Below are positions 1-14,050 of a stretch of 64,000 bases of DNA, piece after piece (position 1 is the stretch's first letter; every line of letters starts with the position of its first letter). Source of the DNA: Octopus sinensis (taxonomy: Eukaryota); NCBI RefSeq assembly GCF_006345805.1, contig NC_043001.1:130820001-130884000 (forward strand), given 5' to 3'. Both the position numbers and the translations under genes were made by a program. Under the pieces are notes generated by a model. That model worked only from the letters and a program-made list of their open reading frames with translations, made no database searches and was not told where the DNA came from.

Positions 1-804
1 ACGATTCTGCCAGCTCGCCGCCTTATAAATAATAAAATAATGTACCAATCAAGTACACGTATGGTACTCGACTGCCCTTCTCCCCACAAATTTCTGGTCT
101 TGTACCTATATCAGAATTGTTCAAGTCTTGGATATAAATGCCTTGCATTATTTTCCTAGCTCTTCACATTCTGAACTTAAATCCCACCAAAATCAACATT
201 TTCTTTCATTGTTTTAGGGTCAGTCGGTAAAATGAAGTACCAGCCAAATGCTGAGCTTGATTTAATTGGCTAAGCACCCACTTCTGAAGTTTCAGTCATT
301 GGGTCTATATAAGATGCATTGTTACAATTACCATTCAACAAAGGTAAGAAACTCTGAATCTGTTTGTGCTTCATAATTAGTACATGAATTATTTCCTTTT
401 ACCTTTTCCCTACTAAGCCTTTCCAACCACAGCCTGTGGTTTTATAGAGCAAAAATACAGTAGTAGAAGTAGTAATAGTCGTGGTGATGGGAGTGGTGGC
501 TGAGGCAGTAGCAGCTGTAAATAGTAGTTTTCTGCCACTATACAAAGAGGGACATTGTTAAACCTGCTTTACTAATATATCAAAATATTTACCAACATAA
601 ATTATTAAATGAAGAACTTCATATTCAAGACACCAGCATAGAAATAAGTTGGTGCTAACCAATATATTTTCTGAAGAGTCAGGGTGGAAAGAAGACAAAA
701 AAATATATAGGAATGGCCATTCTAATAATCTTGAATATCTCAATGCAGCAACATTAAAAAGAGAGAAAATACCCTTGTTCCTCTACTACTACAGGCTAAA
801 ATTA

Positions 805-1225
805 TTTACTCTTTTACTCTTTTACTTGTTTCAGTCATTTGACTGTGGCCATGCTGGAGCAGCGCCTTTAATCGAGCAACTTGACCCTGGGACTTATTCT
901 TTTGTAAGCCCAGTACTTATTCTATCGGTCTCTTTTGCCGAACCGCTAAGTTACAGGGACACAAACACACCAGCATCGATTGTCAAGCAATGCTAGGGGG
1001 ACAAACACAGACACACAAACACACATATGCATATATATATATATATATATATACATATATACGACGGGCTTCTTTCAGTTTCCGTCTACCAAATCCACTC
1101 ACAAGGCTTTGGTTGGCCCGAGGCTATAGTAGAAGGCACTTGCCCAAGGTGCCACGCAGTGGGACTGAACCCGGAATCATGTGGTTGGTAAACAAGCTAC
1201 TTACCACACAGCCATTCCTGCGCCT
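805..1225 (-). mobile_element. tRNA-derived SINE, family A (full length)
   Basis: Reverse complement of the 34948 copy: tRNA-like head with A/B boxes, internal (TA)/(TG) microsatellite and (AAAAGAGT)n tail. Further minus-strand copies at about 5765-6129, 11960-12365, 15725-16096, 48265-48647 and 59598-59953. Confidence 0.85.
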
Positions 1226-2024
1226 ATTTATTTATTTATTTATTTGATTTTTGTTCATAATTGTAGTTTAGAAATTTATAATGGTAGTTTAGGGAAAATT
1301 TTTTCTTGACTTTCTTTGAGATTCATGGTTGTCTTCAGTTTTACCAGTCTCTAAAAATCTGATATTAATTTACTCATAAATGCAACAGTTGTTCCATGTT
1401 TAAGCATTGAAAATACCAATTTCTCAAACTGGTGTGCGTGTATGTACATGGACCTGATGCATACATGTGAGTGAGTATGTTTATATATGTACACATGTGT
1501 GTATGCATGGATGTGTGTGTGTATATATATATATATATATACATGTACATATATATGTGTGTATACATATATATATCAATGTGAATGTGTGACTTTATAA
1601 ATTTTTGTGCAAATTATTACACATGAACAAACACACAGAGACAAAGACATATATATATATACACACACATACACACACACTACACACACATTTATATATA
1701 CATACATATATATGTATGCATGTATATATACACATATGAATATATTTGTGCGTTTTATATGTGTATATCTATGTGTGTATATGTGAGGGTATATTTATAA
1801 ATATTTTGTGTATATATATGTGTGTATGTGCCTTTATAAATGTAGATGTTTTTATATATAAGTTTGTATATTTGTGCATGTGTGCATATGAGAGTGTGTG
1901 TGAAAGTGTATATGCATGTGCATTATTTTATGTTTTGTTGTTTTATTTCTGCAATTATTATGTTTTATTTTGCTTTCTTTTTTTTTTCTATTTCTCAATG
2001 CATTTTATATCACTGCAACCTTAG

Positions 2025-2092
2025 ATATTCATATCATTAGACTTTCGGACCAACAGAATGTCAAGTTTCAAATCATTGCTTCACTGATTTGA
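2025..2092 (+). CDS. Candidate terminal coding exon of an unidentified gene, (D)IHIIRLSDQQNVKFQIIASLI*
   Basis: An AG-free, T-rich tract of about 110 nt ends in CCTTAG at 2024. The phase-1 frame is open to TGA at 2090-2092, with AATAAA at 2095 and 2103 and AT-rich UTR-like sequence after. No homologue recognised. Confidence 0.45.
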
Positions 2093-3434
2093 GAAATAAA
2101 TGAATAAATAACTATTTTTTTGTATTTGTTTTTTTTTTTTAATTCTGCTTTTACAAAAATGAAATTATTTTAAAATTTAACTATTCTATAAAAATAATTC
2201 AATACACAAAAGCGAAAAAAACAGTTACTAACTGAATAAAAATAAACATAAGCTTACCAACAAAATTTATATTCCCTTTGGTTTTTTTAAAAATTTTTAT
2301 TTTAAAAATATAAAAAATATGTTTAGATTGATTTTTTTTTTTCTTCACTTGATTTTCAAGAAATTTTAAAGTTTCATTTAGTATGAGATTTCTTGTTTTG
2401 TCTTAAATTATTTTAACTCTTTATCATTTGAGATGACCTGGCCAGATGTGGGGGACTATAACTACAAACACCATCATCATCATCTAACATCCATGTTCCA
2501 TACTGGCATGGGTTGGATGGTTTGACAGCTTATGATGGGTCTAAGGACTGCATCATGCACCAATGTCTGCTTTGGCAGGGTTTCTATGGATAGGTGCCCT
2601 TCCTAATGCCAACCATTTTACAGCATGTATTGAATACTTTATTTTACATACCATAAACACTGCTGAGGTCACCATGCAGCTTGCAGGTCTCTGAACCCTG
2701 AGAGAGGTAGGGTCAGTTTTATGCCAGGGGATGAGGGTTTAGAGTATGGAGAAGGTGGCGGAAGAGCAGAGCAGCTTCTTGTGGAAGAGCTGCATAATCA
2801 CTCACATTTAGTTGGAGAAGGAAAGAGTGAGGAGCAGGAGCTACAAAGCTATAGCTAGGAGATGGGGTGTCCAGCTGTCTTTTGTTTTCAAAATATGACA
2901 TGCCTAGTTGTAGTATGTTACATATGGTAGTAGTGAAAATGAACCAAACAATTTATACAATGAACAATATTTTTTCATAGCTTCATAGTTTCATAAGCTA
3001 CCAACTAGATAAATTGTTTGAAGATTACATAGACAGCTTTATGTCAACTGTTCTGGTTTTTTGCATTCAGAGTTCAAATTTCACTGAGGCAGCTTTGCAG
3101 GTCAATAAATAAATTACTAGTCCTATACTGGTATTGATTCTTCTCCTTATTGTTCATCTTATTCCTGAAAAAATTCTGTTTCTGACCAAAGAAAAAAAAA
3201 GAAAGAAAAAATCAGCTGTGCTCAGACTTGGAAAGGAATGAGCTCTGTTAGGTTTAAAAATACTGGAGATACTTTCTAAGTTACAATGTGTCCCTATGAT
3301 TCCAAAAAGTTAAATGATATAGAATAAACCATTAAATTTTGTAATGTAAAACTAATGCACACACATACACATGCACACGGACTGAGTGCAGAGTGTCCAT
3401 CCAAAATATACATTTACACGTTTGATCAATAGTA

Positions 3435-3812
3435 TGTAAAAAGCACTATCCGAATCGTGGCCAATGCCAGCATCGCCTCGACTGGCTTCCGTGCCGGTGG
3501 CACGTAAAAAGCACCATCCGAATCGTGGCCGATGCCAGTGCCGCACTGACTGGCTTCCGTGCCGGTGGCACGTAAAATGCACCAATCCGACCGTGGCCGA
3601 TGCCAGCCTCGCCTGGCACCAGTGCAGGTGGCACGTAAAAAGCACCCACTACACTCACGGAGTGGTTGGCGTTAGGAAGGGCATCTAGCTGTAGAAACAC
3701 TGCCAGATCAGACTGGAGCCTGGTGCAGCCTTCTGGCTTCCCAGATCCCCGGTCGAACCATCCAACCCATGCTAGCATGGAGAACGGACGTTAAACGATG
3801 ATGATGATGATG
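3435..3812 (+). mobile_element. 5'-truncated RTE LINE 3' UTR (family D)
   Basis: About 55-bp tandem subrepeats (GGTGGCACGTAAAAAGCACC...), the GGTTGGCGTTAGGAAGGGCATC motif and a (GAT)n tail. The same sequence follows the RTE ORF at 9900-10250. Other plus-strand copies at 17249-17469, 32224-32545, 56295-56697 and 62937-63169. Confidence 0.8.
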
Positions 3813-4052
3813 AATGATAATATTGCAATATATAACAGAATGAAGGCAATGAGCTGGCAGAACCTTTAGCATGCCAAGCAAAATGCTTAGCAGCATTTCA
3901 TCTATCTTCATGCTCTACAATCAAATTCCCCTAAGGTCAACTTTGCCTTTCGTTCTTTCAAGGACGGTAAAATATGTACCAGTTAAGCATTGGGGTTGAC
4001 TACCCCCACCTGCTGAAATTGCTGGCTTTGTACCAAAATTTGAAATCAATAT

Positions 4053-4200
4053 ATCATCATCATCATTGTTCGACCGTGGTCGAGACAATGGAATTTACCA
4101 TGCTACACCAGACTTCACGGTCCATCATGGCATTACGGAGGTCCTGTTGCTGGATGCCTGTATCCCTGGAGATTACATCAGGGTAGGAGAGTGTGTGCCC
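4053..4200 (-). mobile_element. LINE (RTE-like) C-terminal fragment
   Basis: Minus-strand translation TLSYPDVISRDTGIQQQDLRNAMMDREVWCSMV followed by a (TGA)n tail. The MMDRxxW motif is typical of RTE-clade C-termini. Confidence 0.6.
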
Positions 4201-4534
4201 TCTCACAATCAATATATAATACAACAACATATTTATTGTTAGGTGACATAAAAATAAGCAGAAATCTTCAGATGATATAAATCTACAACACAGTTTCAAT
4301 TGCTGTTCCTGTTGCCAAACTTCACCCGTTTCCAAGCAAGTTGATATTTCTCATGACCAGACATATTCCCACAGAACAAATCAATAACACTGCTTGTATG
4401 ACAGTGACAATAATTTTACAAATATCACACAAGGTCAAAACAAGGTGATGCAAACATACACATACCCACACATACATAAATACACACACATACCACACCG
4501 CAAACACAAACTCACAATGATATGATGATGATCA

Positions 4535-5091
<557 letters not shown>

Positions 5092-5093
5092 AT

Positions 5094-5124
<31 letters not shown>

Positions 5125-7214
5125 GGGGGGTTATGAGAGGTAATGGTGTCAATAAGACCCAAAGGTGTCTGATAATGCTGAGTAAGTGCTTTGGACAGAC
5201 AATAGTTAAGTTCCAGGTTTGGTGATTATGTGAATGAAGAGTCCAACAACCTTCTATTTATAAATGTTCTAAAATCTTTCACAACCTTGGATTTTTATCT
5301 CATTCTGGAAATTTATATATATATATATATTTAGAGTATTTTGGAAATTCTTTGATACAGTTATAATATTTGGAGAGAAGATATTTTCTCAAGGAGTTAA
5401 GATTGAGAAAAAAAACTTTTTAGACAAAGGTGCGTGCGTGTATAAGAGAGTATGTATGTGCATATATGTGATGGGCTTTCTTTGATGTCTGTCAGCCAAA
5501 TCTACTAATGAAGCTTTAGACAGCCTACGCCTATTGTAGAAGACATTTGTCCAAAGATGCTATGCAGTGAAACTGAACCCAGAACCATGAATTTGGGAAG
5601 TAAACTTCTTACCACAGAGCCATGGCTGACCATATTTTTAATCAAATATTTGATCCAACTTTTTTAAATAGTTAACTATTAATAGACATTTAGTTAAATA
5701 TATAAATAAACAATTTTTCTATCAAATAACATTTACTATTATTAAGCATACCGTTGGAATATTCTTTTACTCTTTTACTTGTTTCAGTCATTTGACTGTG
5801 GCCATGCTGGAGCACGACCTTTAGTCAAGCAAATTGATCCCAGGACTTATTTTTGTAAACCTAGTACTTATTCTATTGGTCCCTTTTGCTGAACAGCTAA
5901 GTTATGGGGACATAAACACACCAGCATTGGTTGTCAAGCGATGTTGGGGGGACAAACAGATACATATATACAATGGGTTTCTTTCAGTTTCCATCTACCA
6001 AATCCACTCACAAGGTTTTGGTCGGCCCATGGCTGTAGTAGAAGACACTTGCCCAAGGTGCCACACAGTGGGACTGAAATGGAACCATGTGGTTGGTAAG
6101 CAAGCTACTTACCATACAGCCATTCTTGCATACAAATCATATATCATATTAAATATCAAATGATTCATAGTATATATAAATTAGTAAAATATAAAATATT
6201 TATTTATACACGAAAATAGGGGAGGGGTGCTGAGGGTACTATGTGGCCAAGAGAGGGGGGCAATGACCCAAAAAGTTTGAGACTCTTTGGTATAAGGTAT
6301 TAATCTAGATCCTTCAGTATCACAAAGACAGAAGTTATTTCAAGCAAGTTGTTATCTAAAAGGAACATTTTTATAACTCATTCATTGCTAAATAATAGAT
6401 ACTTTGTAACTATTATTGGCATTCACAGTAAGTGAAGGCAAGAATTTTTAAAAATGATAAATTGAAATATTCAGATTCTACTATGTTTAACACACCTTAT
6501 TTCAGTACTAACAATCTAACAACATAGCACTGGAATATATTTCTCAAAGCAGAAATGACCTCAGTAATTTCTGAAATATCCACACCCAGCTCAACAGAAT
6601 TCCAGAAATGTCTAAGAAGAACTTATTTCCGAGTTTCACAGAACTCCCTAAAAATGAAAGATTATATCCAGGTCAGTAAAGAAATCAAAACTTTGACTAA
6701 TTAATGCATACTATAACAAAGAGTTCCCTCTAAATTAAATGGGTGTAAGAGAGAGAAAAGTAATTTAATGAGCAGAAACAAAGTGACATTGGTAAATGAA
6801 GGCAAGAAAAAAAGAAAGAAAATTCCTATATCTATTGATATTTATTTACTTATTTATTATTATTTCCAATCCTATAATTAGAAGTCCTGTTAAAATCAGA
6901 ATTAATTAGTAGATTTCTGCATTCTTTTGCTTTGCACATGCATGTACATACTTATACACATACACATGAATACTTACAAATATATATGTGAGTGCATTTG
7001 AAAATATGTATATATATATATTCACACACATATATATGTATACACACACACACAAACATGTATGTATATGCACACACACACATTCATATTCATGCAAAAA
7101 TGTATATTACAGTATGCGACACTTCATTATTTCGGTTTAAGATGCATTCTTGTTTGCATATATACATGCCTACACTATATATATAAATATATATACACAA
7201 ACACAAACATATAT

Positions 7215-7866
7215 ACATACATACAAACATAAATAGATGCATACATACATATAAGCATATACGCTTACATACACATCCCTATGTACATATGTACACACAC
7301 ACATATATGTACACATATGCTTCTATGTATTCATACATACACACATGTACACATACATGCACACATACACTTGAAGCCATCAACATACATACAAACATAC
7401 ATAGATGCATACATACATATGAGCATATACGCTTACATACACATCCCTACGTACATATGTACACACACACATATATGTACACATATGCTTCTATGTATTC
7501 ATACATACACACATGTACACATACATGCACACATACACTTGAAGCCATCAACATACATACAAACATACATAGATGCATACATACATATGAGCATATACGC
7601 TTACATACACATCCCTATGTACATATGTACACACACATATGCTTCCATGTATTCATATATACACACATATAAACATACATGCACACATACACTTGAAGCC
7701 ATCAACATACATACAAACATACATAGATGCATACATACATATGAGCATATACGCTTACATACACGTCCCTACGTACATATGTACACACACATATACGTAC
7801 ACATGCTTCTATGTATTGATACATACACACATGTACACATACACTTGAAGTCATCTACATACATAC
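7215..7866. repeat. Minisatellite, about 4 copies of a 152-168 bp CATA-rich unit
   Basis: The marker CTTGAAGCCATC recurs at 7370, 7538 and 7692, and as CTTGAAGTCATC at 7844. Confidence 0.9.
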
Positions 7867-8124
7867 TTTAATTCTTTTATCTTTCTTAGTAATATTTTCA
7901 ATATTTTCATTCTGCATCTGTGTTATAGTCACCAATGGAGATTAAGCCATCAACGGTAACTTTAAATGTACAACATCAAGCACTGTACTGGTGCTGCAGG
8001 GTTGCATGTCTAGGGCTTTTTTCTTTTTTCTACCAGTCAGTGTCAAGGTTTCAGTCACTGTAATGTTCTGAACTCAACTGCACCAAGAAGAAAAACCCAT
8101 ATCATCAAGGAGAAATGGATGTCA

Positions 8125-8269
8125 CAATGAAGACGATGATGGTGACAATGATGATAATGATAATGATGATGATGATGATGACCAAGAAGCTGCTGCTTCT
8201 GATATTGGTGAGTATATAATAAAGATGCTGAAGATGAGAGGGAAGAGGTTAGTGAAGACAGGGCATCTT

Positions 8270-8301
<32 letters not shown>

Positions 8302-8543
8302 AATGATGTTGGAAACAATGACATTTGAAGATGATGATGATAATGACGATGATTAAATGACTATGATGATGATGATGATAATGATGATGATTATGGATGA
8401 TGATAATGAACGTGACAATGGTGACTATATGAATATGAGTATGATGATGATGATGACAACGATGACGATGATGATGACAATGAAGATAATGACAATAGTG
8501 ATTAAATAAATATGATGGTGACAATGGAGATTAAATGAATATA

Positions 8544-8575
<32 letters not shown>

Positions 8576-8625
8576 GACGACAATGCTGATGATAAGGATG
8601 ATGATGATGATGATGATGATGGCTC
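8125..8625. repeat. Degenerate (GAT)n microsatellite region
   Basis: Direct reading. Confidence 0.9.
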
Positions 8626-9259
8626 ATGACATCAGATATTATTTAGAAAGCTTGCTAATGAATATTGCATGATGTTAATCTGAAGGAATCTACAATGTCT
8701 CCAAAAGCTCACAGAGAGGGTCCAGATTTCAAAGTGACTTCAGATTGAAGATGGCTTAATTGGAGATGGGAAGGTGGGGAAGTCACAGGTCATAATAGCT
8801 GTTGCCAAGGAGATTCTATCAATGTACACAGGTTAATATATGTATAACAGAGATGAGGTATATAGGGAAAACAGCATACTATAGCAGTTGTGATGAGTGA
8901 CATGGGTGGAAATTGAACAAATAAAGTGGCTGCCAAAAGGTAAATTGAGATCAGGTGGACCGAGGTGATGTATTTTGCAGGTCTGTTGGAATGAATCAGC
9001 TCAATTTTTCCAGACATGGACCTGTGGAAATTGATGAAATCTACCCCATCACCACTCTCTATCTGTCTGTCTCTCTTCAAAGACTTAATGGATATCTTTA
9101 TTTTTTACATAACCAGATACAGCCCAGTGGAACAAATATCATCATCACCATCAAGATTTAATATCTATTTTCCATGCTAGCATGGTCTGGATGACTTGTG
9201 AGGAAATGGCAGGAACTGGCTACACTTTCTTCTACAATCTATTTTGGCTTGGTTTAACT

Positions 9260-10250
9260 GGGAAGATAGTTTTTGTGGGTGGCAAATGCACAGGGGCAAT
9301 AAACACCGAAAATGTACAGAAAACAGATTCCATCACATACCAGGGGGAAAAAAACTAGTAGTAGTTGATAGCTTCTGCTACCTAGGTGACCAAGTCAGTA
9401 GCAGGGGTGGATGCTCTGAGAGTGTAGCTGCTAGAATAAGAACAGACTGGGCAAAGTTCAGAGATCTCCTACCTCTGCTGATAACAAAGGACCTCTCACT
9501 CAAAATGAAAGGTAGACTGTATGATGCATGTGTGCAAACAGCTATGCTACACAGCAGTGAAACATGGGCTGTGATTGCTGAGGACATGTGTAGGCTTGAA
9601 AGAAATGAAGCTACTATGCTCTGCTGGATGTGTAATGTCAGTATCATACACGACAGAGTGTAAGCCCCCTGAGAGTAAACTCGAACATAATGTGATGTAC
9701 AAGAGAGACAACTCTGCTGGTATAATCATGTGTTTCATATGGATGAGAAGAGCTGTGTGAAGAAGTGCCACACTCTAAAAGTGGAGGGAACCTGTGAAAA
9801 AGGTAGACTCAAGAAGACATGGGATGAGGTGGTGAAGTATGACTTTCAAATGTTGGGCCTTACAGAGGCAAAGACAAGCAACTGAGACCTTTGGAGATAT
9901 GCTGTGCTTGAGAAGACCCGGTAAGCCAAGTGAGATCATAACCATGGTTGATGCCAGTGTCACATAACCAGCCCATTAAAAAACACCCTTCAATCATCGG
10001 GCAATATGCTGTGCTTGAGAAGACCTGTTGAATCAAGTGAAATCATAGCTGTGGCCAATGCCAGTGTCACCTCACAGGTATTCATGCCAATGGCCCGTTA
10101 ACAGCACCATTTGAGTGTGATTGATGCCAGTGCCACCTGACTGGCATTTAAAAAAACATCCACTACACTCTCAGAGTGGTTGGCATTAGAAAGGGCATTC
10201 AGCTGCAGAAACCTTCCCAGATCAGATTGGAGCCTGATGCAAGCCAGGAG
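9260..10250 (+). mobile_element. RTE-clade LINE 3' fragment (RT C-terminus plus 3' UTR), decayed
   Basis: VVDSFCYLGDQVSS...AARIRTDWAKFRDLLPLL...KGRLYDACVQTAMLHSSETW, then VEGTCEKGRLKKTWDEVVKYD...LWRYAVLEKTR*, continuing into the family-D UTR. Confidence 0.9.
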
Positions 10251-11054
10251 ACTCAAATGGTGCTTTTAACGTCTCACTCTTTCCTCCTGCATCTAGCAGC
10301 TCACCTGCAATGGACCAAAGTCCCATCCAGGTAGGGAACCTATATGCCAATGAAACCGAGAAACCGGTCCTAATGAGCTTGGCATGGCTCGAGAAGGAAC
10401 AAACACCTTCATAATATCTCAATACATGGCTATGAAACTCCCCCACTACTCCTGCTGACAACCATTATCATGCTGGGCAAAATGTTTAGCGGTTTTCATC
10501 TGTCTTTACATTGAGTTCAAATTCCACTGAGGTTGACATTGCCTTTCATCCTTTCGGGGTATTTTATACAACATGAATGGTTAAGGGGAAAAACACTTGT
10601 GACCCAGAGATACTTGCTGATGATGGATGTAAAAAAGATTGCTTGATCTCATCCTCAAAGTAGCTCTTGCAGTTTCTTCTACATGGGGCAAGCATCTTGA
10701 GTGTTTATTTCACTTATCAATGATTCCTTCTTTCTTACAATCTTGCAAATGAGGACAATTCTTATTATAAAACAGTTGTAAAATAAATGTTACTGTTAAA
10801 ATATTGAGAATACATAACTGTGGTAAAAAAAAAAATTAATGGAAATTCAATGGAAAAAAATTCATGGAAAATCTCAAATGAATGAAAAAAATATTTTGCA
10901 CCAAATTTTCAAAGCATCTATTCAAATATGCTGTTTTAACAGAGCAAATATACATATTAGCATAACATGCCTATACATACATGCATGCTTACATACATAT
11001 AAACATACATATATATATATACACACACAAATACATATATATATATACATATAC

Positions 11055-11155
<101 letters not shown>

Positions 11156-12852
11156 TTTTATAAGAATACATATAAACATACATTTATACATCATATATAT
11201 ATATTTATATTTATTTTATTTATGTATAGCAGCAAGCTGGCAGAATCGCTACCATGCTGGGCAAAATGCTTAGCAGCATTTCGTCAGTCTTTACATTCTG
11301 AGTTCAAGTTCTGTCGAGGTCAACTTTGCCTTTCAGGGTCAATAAAATATGTACTTAACCCCACCCGTCATCACTGAAATTGTTGGCCTTGTGCAAAAAT
11401 TGTTAAACAATATATTACTGGTTACAATGGGTCAAGATGTTGACATTAATTCCATGTCGAATATTAACTCTAGGCAATATCGATGCTTCTTCAGACATGG
11501 GGGCTGAATTATAAACACACACACACACATATATATATATATTTAAGAGAGTGCAAGGAATGTCTTCAATCCTAGCTGTCAACTTAGTTGCACTTCGTGA
11601 ACGTATTTGGTTAATGGAATGCTCAAAATAGAGAACCAACTGTACACCTTATTAATCAAACAATTTAATGTATCATTAATTAATTAATCATAATAATTAA
11701 GCACTCTGAAAATTCAAGTATCGTGTAATAACTAATTGTAGTATATTTAACACAAGAGTAAATAATAGTAAATAAATAAGGAATTAAGACAACTTTTCTT
11801 TACATGGCGCTCAGTTACTTGAGAATGATTATTTATTGTTTACTTATGCATTAAATATACAGAGTTTATGCAATGTTGCATAATAATAAAATAAAAATAA
11901 CCATTTCATTTCATCAGGTGTCATACTAAATCTGATAGACTTTAAATAACCATTCTCATCTCTTTTACTCTTTTACTTGTTTCAGATATTTGACTGTGGC
12001 CATGCTGGAGCACTGCATTTAGTCGAGCAAATTGACCCCAGGACTTATTTTTTGTAAACCTGATACTTATTCTATCGGTCTCTTTTGCCAAACCACTAAG
12101 TTACGGGTACTTAAACACACCAGCATCAGTTGTCGAGTGATATTAGGGGGACAAATGCAGACACACAAACTTATACATACACATACATGTATATATATAT
12201 ACATATATATGACGGGCTTCTTTCAGTTTCCGTCTATCAAATCCACTCCCAAGGCTTTGGTCGGCACGTGGCTATAGTAGAAGATACTTGCCCAAGGTGC
12301 CACACAGTGGGACTGAACCCAGAACCATGTGGTTGGTAAGCAGGCTACTTACCACACTATGCCTAAATCATGGTTGAGATTTTCCCATAAAGAAAAACCT
12401 GTATGCACGCATGTGTGTATGTGTTTGTCTTTATGTCTATGTCATTAGCATCATAATTTTAGCATTCATTTCTCTATGTTTGCATGGCTTGCACAGACTT
12501 GTTTTAGGCAGATTCTCAGTGGCTGGATGCCCTTCCTGTCACCAGTCCAGTCCTCACCTGTCTTGAAGTAAGGTAATATTTCCCAATGATCAGGTATGTT
12601 TTCATGAAAGATTGGAAATGAAGGATGCTATTTGCATGACAGTGACATTTATTTTCAGTTATCACACAATGTCAAGACAAGGAGACAGTCATACACACAT
12701 ACATATATATATGTATATCATCATCATCATCATCATCATCATCATTTAGCGTCCGTTTTCCATGCTAGCATGGGTTGGACGGTTCAACTGGGGTCTGGGG
12801 AGCCCGAAGGCTGCACCAGGCCAGTCATATATATATATATATATATATATAA

Positions 12853-13135
12853 TATCTGTAAATGTAATATGTGACAATTATTTGGTAGCCATGATAAAAC
12901 TCCGAGTTTCGGATACCAAGGTGGAAATCCACATCACCATCTCTTCAGTTATCCGGCCATCAATGGTCAGATAACCAAAGAGATGGTGACATGGATTTCT
13001 ACCTCGGCATCCGAAACTCGGAGTTTTATCATGGCTACCGAATAATTGTCACATATTACATTTACAGATAAATTCCTCTATTTATATAATATTGAGGTCT
13101 CTTTCTTTCTTTTGTTGTCTTACCATTTTTATCAA
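12853..13135. mobile_element. Palindromic element with hammerhead-like motif (Penelope-like pLTR derivative), family H1
   Basis: Inverted repeat at 12853-13070 with arms of about 100 bp, plus a one-sided tail, inserted in (TA)n. Confidence 0.7.
12893..12953 (-). ncRNA. Minimal type-I hammerhead ribozyme-like motif
   Basis: Minus strand reads gataa-CTGAAGA-gat...atcc-GAAAC-tcgga-GT-T-ttatc. Core boxes are intact, helix I is gataa/ttatc and helix III is near-palindromic. Confidence 0.6.
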
Positions 13136-13198
13136 TATATATATATATTGATAAAAATGGTAAGACATTTTTGTTGAATTTCTGTTGCTTTTAAATAA

Positions 13199-13246
<48 letters not shown>

Positions 13247-13440
13247 CAATGAAAAGTCTTTAACATTTCAAGCCAACGCTCTTCCACAGAAAGAAACAGA
13301 AAGAAACAAGGAGAGAAAATAAAGAATTTGTAGTGGCTAGTGATCTATCATGGCGACATCATCATCATCAGCATCATTATTATTAGCAGCAGCATTGTAT
13401 AAGCACACATGCACACACTAAATGCATATCACATACATAC

Positions 13441-13486
<46 letters not shown>

Positions 13487-13789
13487 TTTATATTGTAAAT
13501 TATTGATAATAGAATATATACCAGAATACTCATATATCAATATGGCGTCCTCTCTATGTATGTCAGACAGAACCGTTTGACATGCAAGTTAGTACACAGC
13601 CACTCTGTTCTCTCCATCATTTACTCAATCATGCTACTTTAATTCATAACTCTTCAAATACATCACTTTTACTTTATATCCCATAGACACATCTGAACAG
13701 TCTGGTGGATTTACATGGTGAAAATAAACCCACAAACGCACACACAGATACACATACTGTTGTGAATTTATATAGTGCTTAGACAGGTT

Positions 13790-14050
13790 ACATACATAGA
13801 AAACTAAGTGTAGATGAATGGCTTGTGAGAATGGTGCAATTCAAGTATAATGATACAGACAACAAGGTGATAGTTGGCAATGTGTTTAGCAAGGAATTTA
13901 GCATGCTTGTAAGTGTTCATCAAGGCTCTGTTCTTAGCATTCTTTTGTTTATTATAGTTCTCCATGATGAAGGAGTTTATGTAAAACCAGATGTCTATGG
14001 GATCACATGTATGGTGGTAACCTGGTCCTTAAGAGCAGAGTTTGTGTAAG
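13790..14050 (+). mobile_element. LINE reverse-transcriptase relic (RTE-like)
   Basis: VDEWLVRMVQFKYNDTDNKVIVGNVFSKEFSMLVSVHQGSVLSILLFIIVL matches the RT motif GVxQGSVLSPLLF. Confidence 0.8.

Noticed and set aside
6506-6671. Possible plus-strand exon (TTTCAG ... CAG|GTCAGT)
   Set aside because: There are stops in all frames just after the acceptor, the peptides are unrecognised, and no partner exons were found.
7281-7871. 196-aa His-rich repetitive ORF resembling zinc fingers
   Set aside because: It is the translation of a CATA-rich minisatellite and lacks C2H2 spacing.
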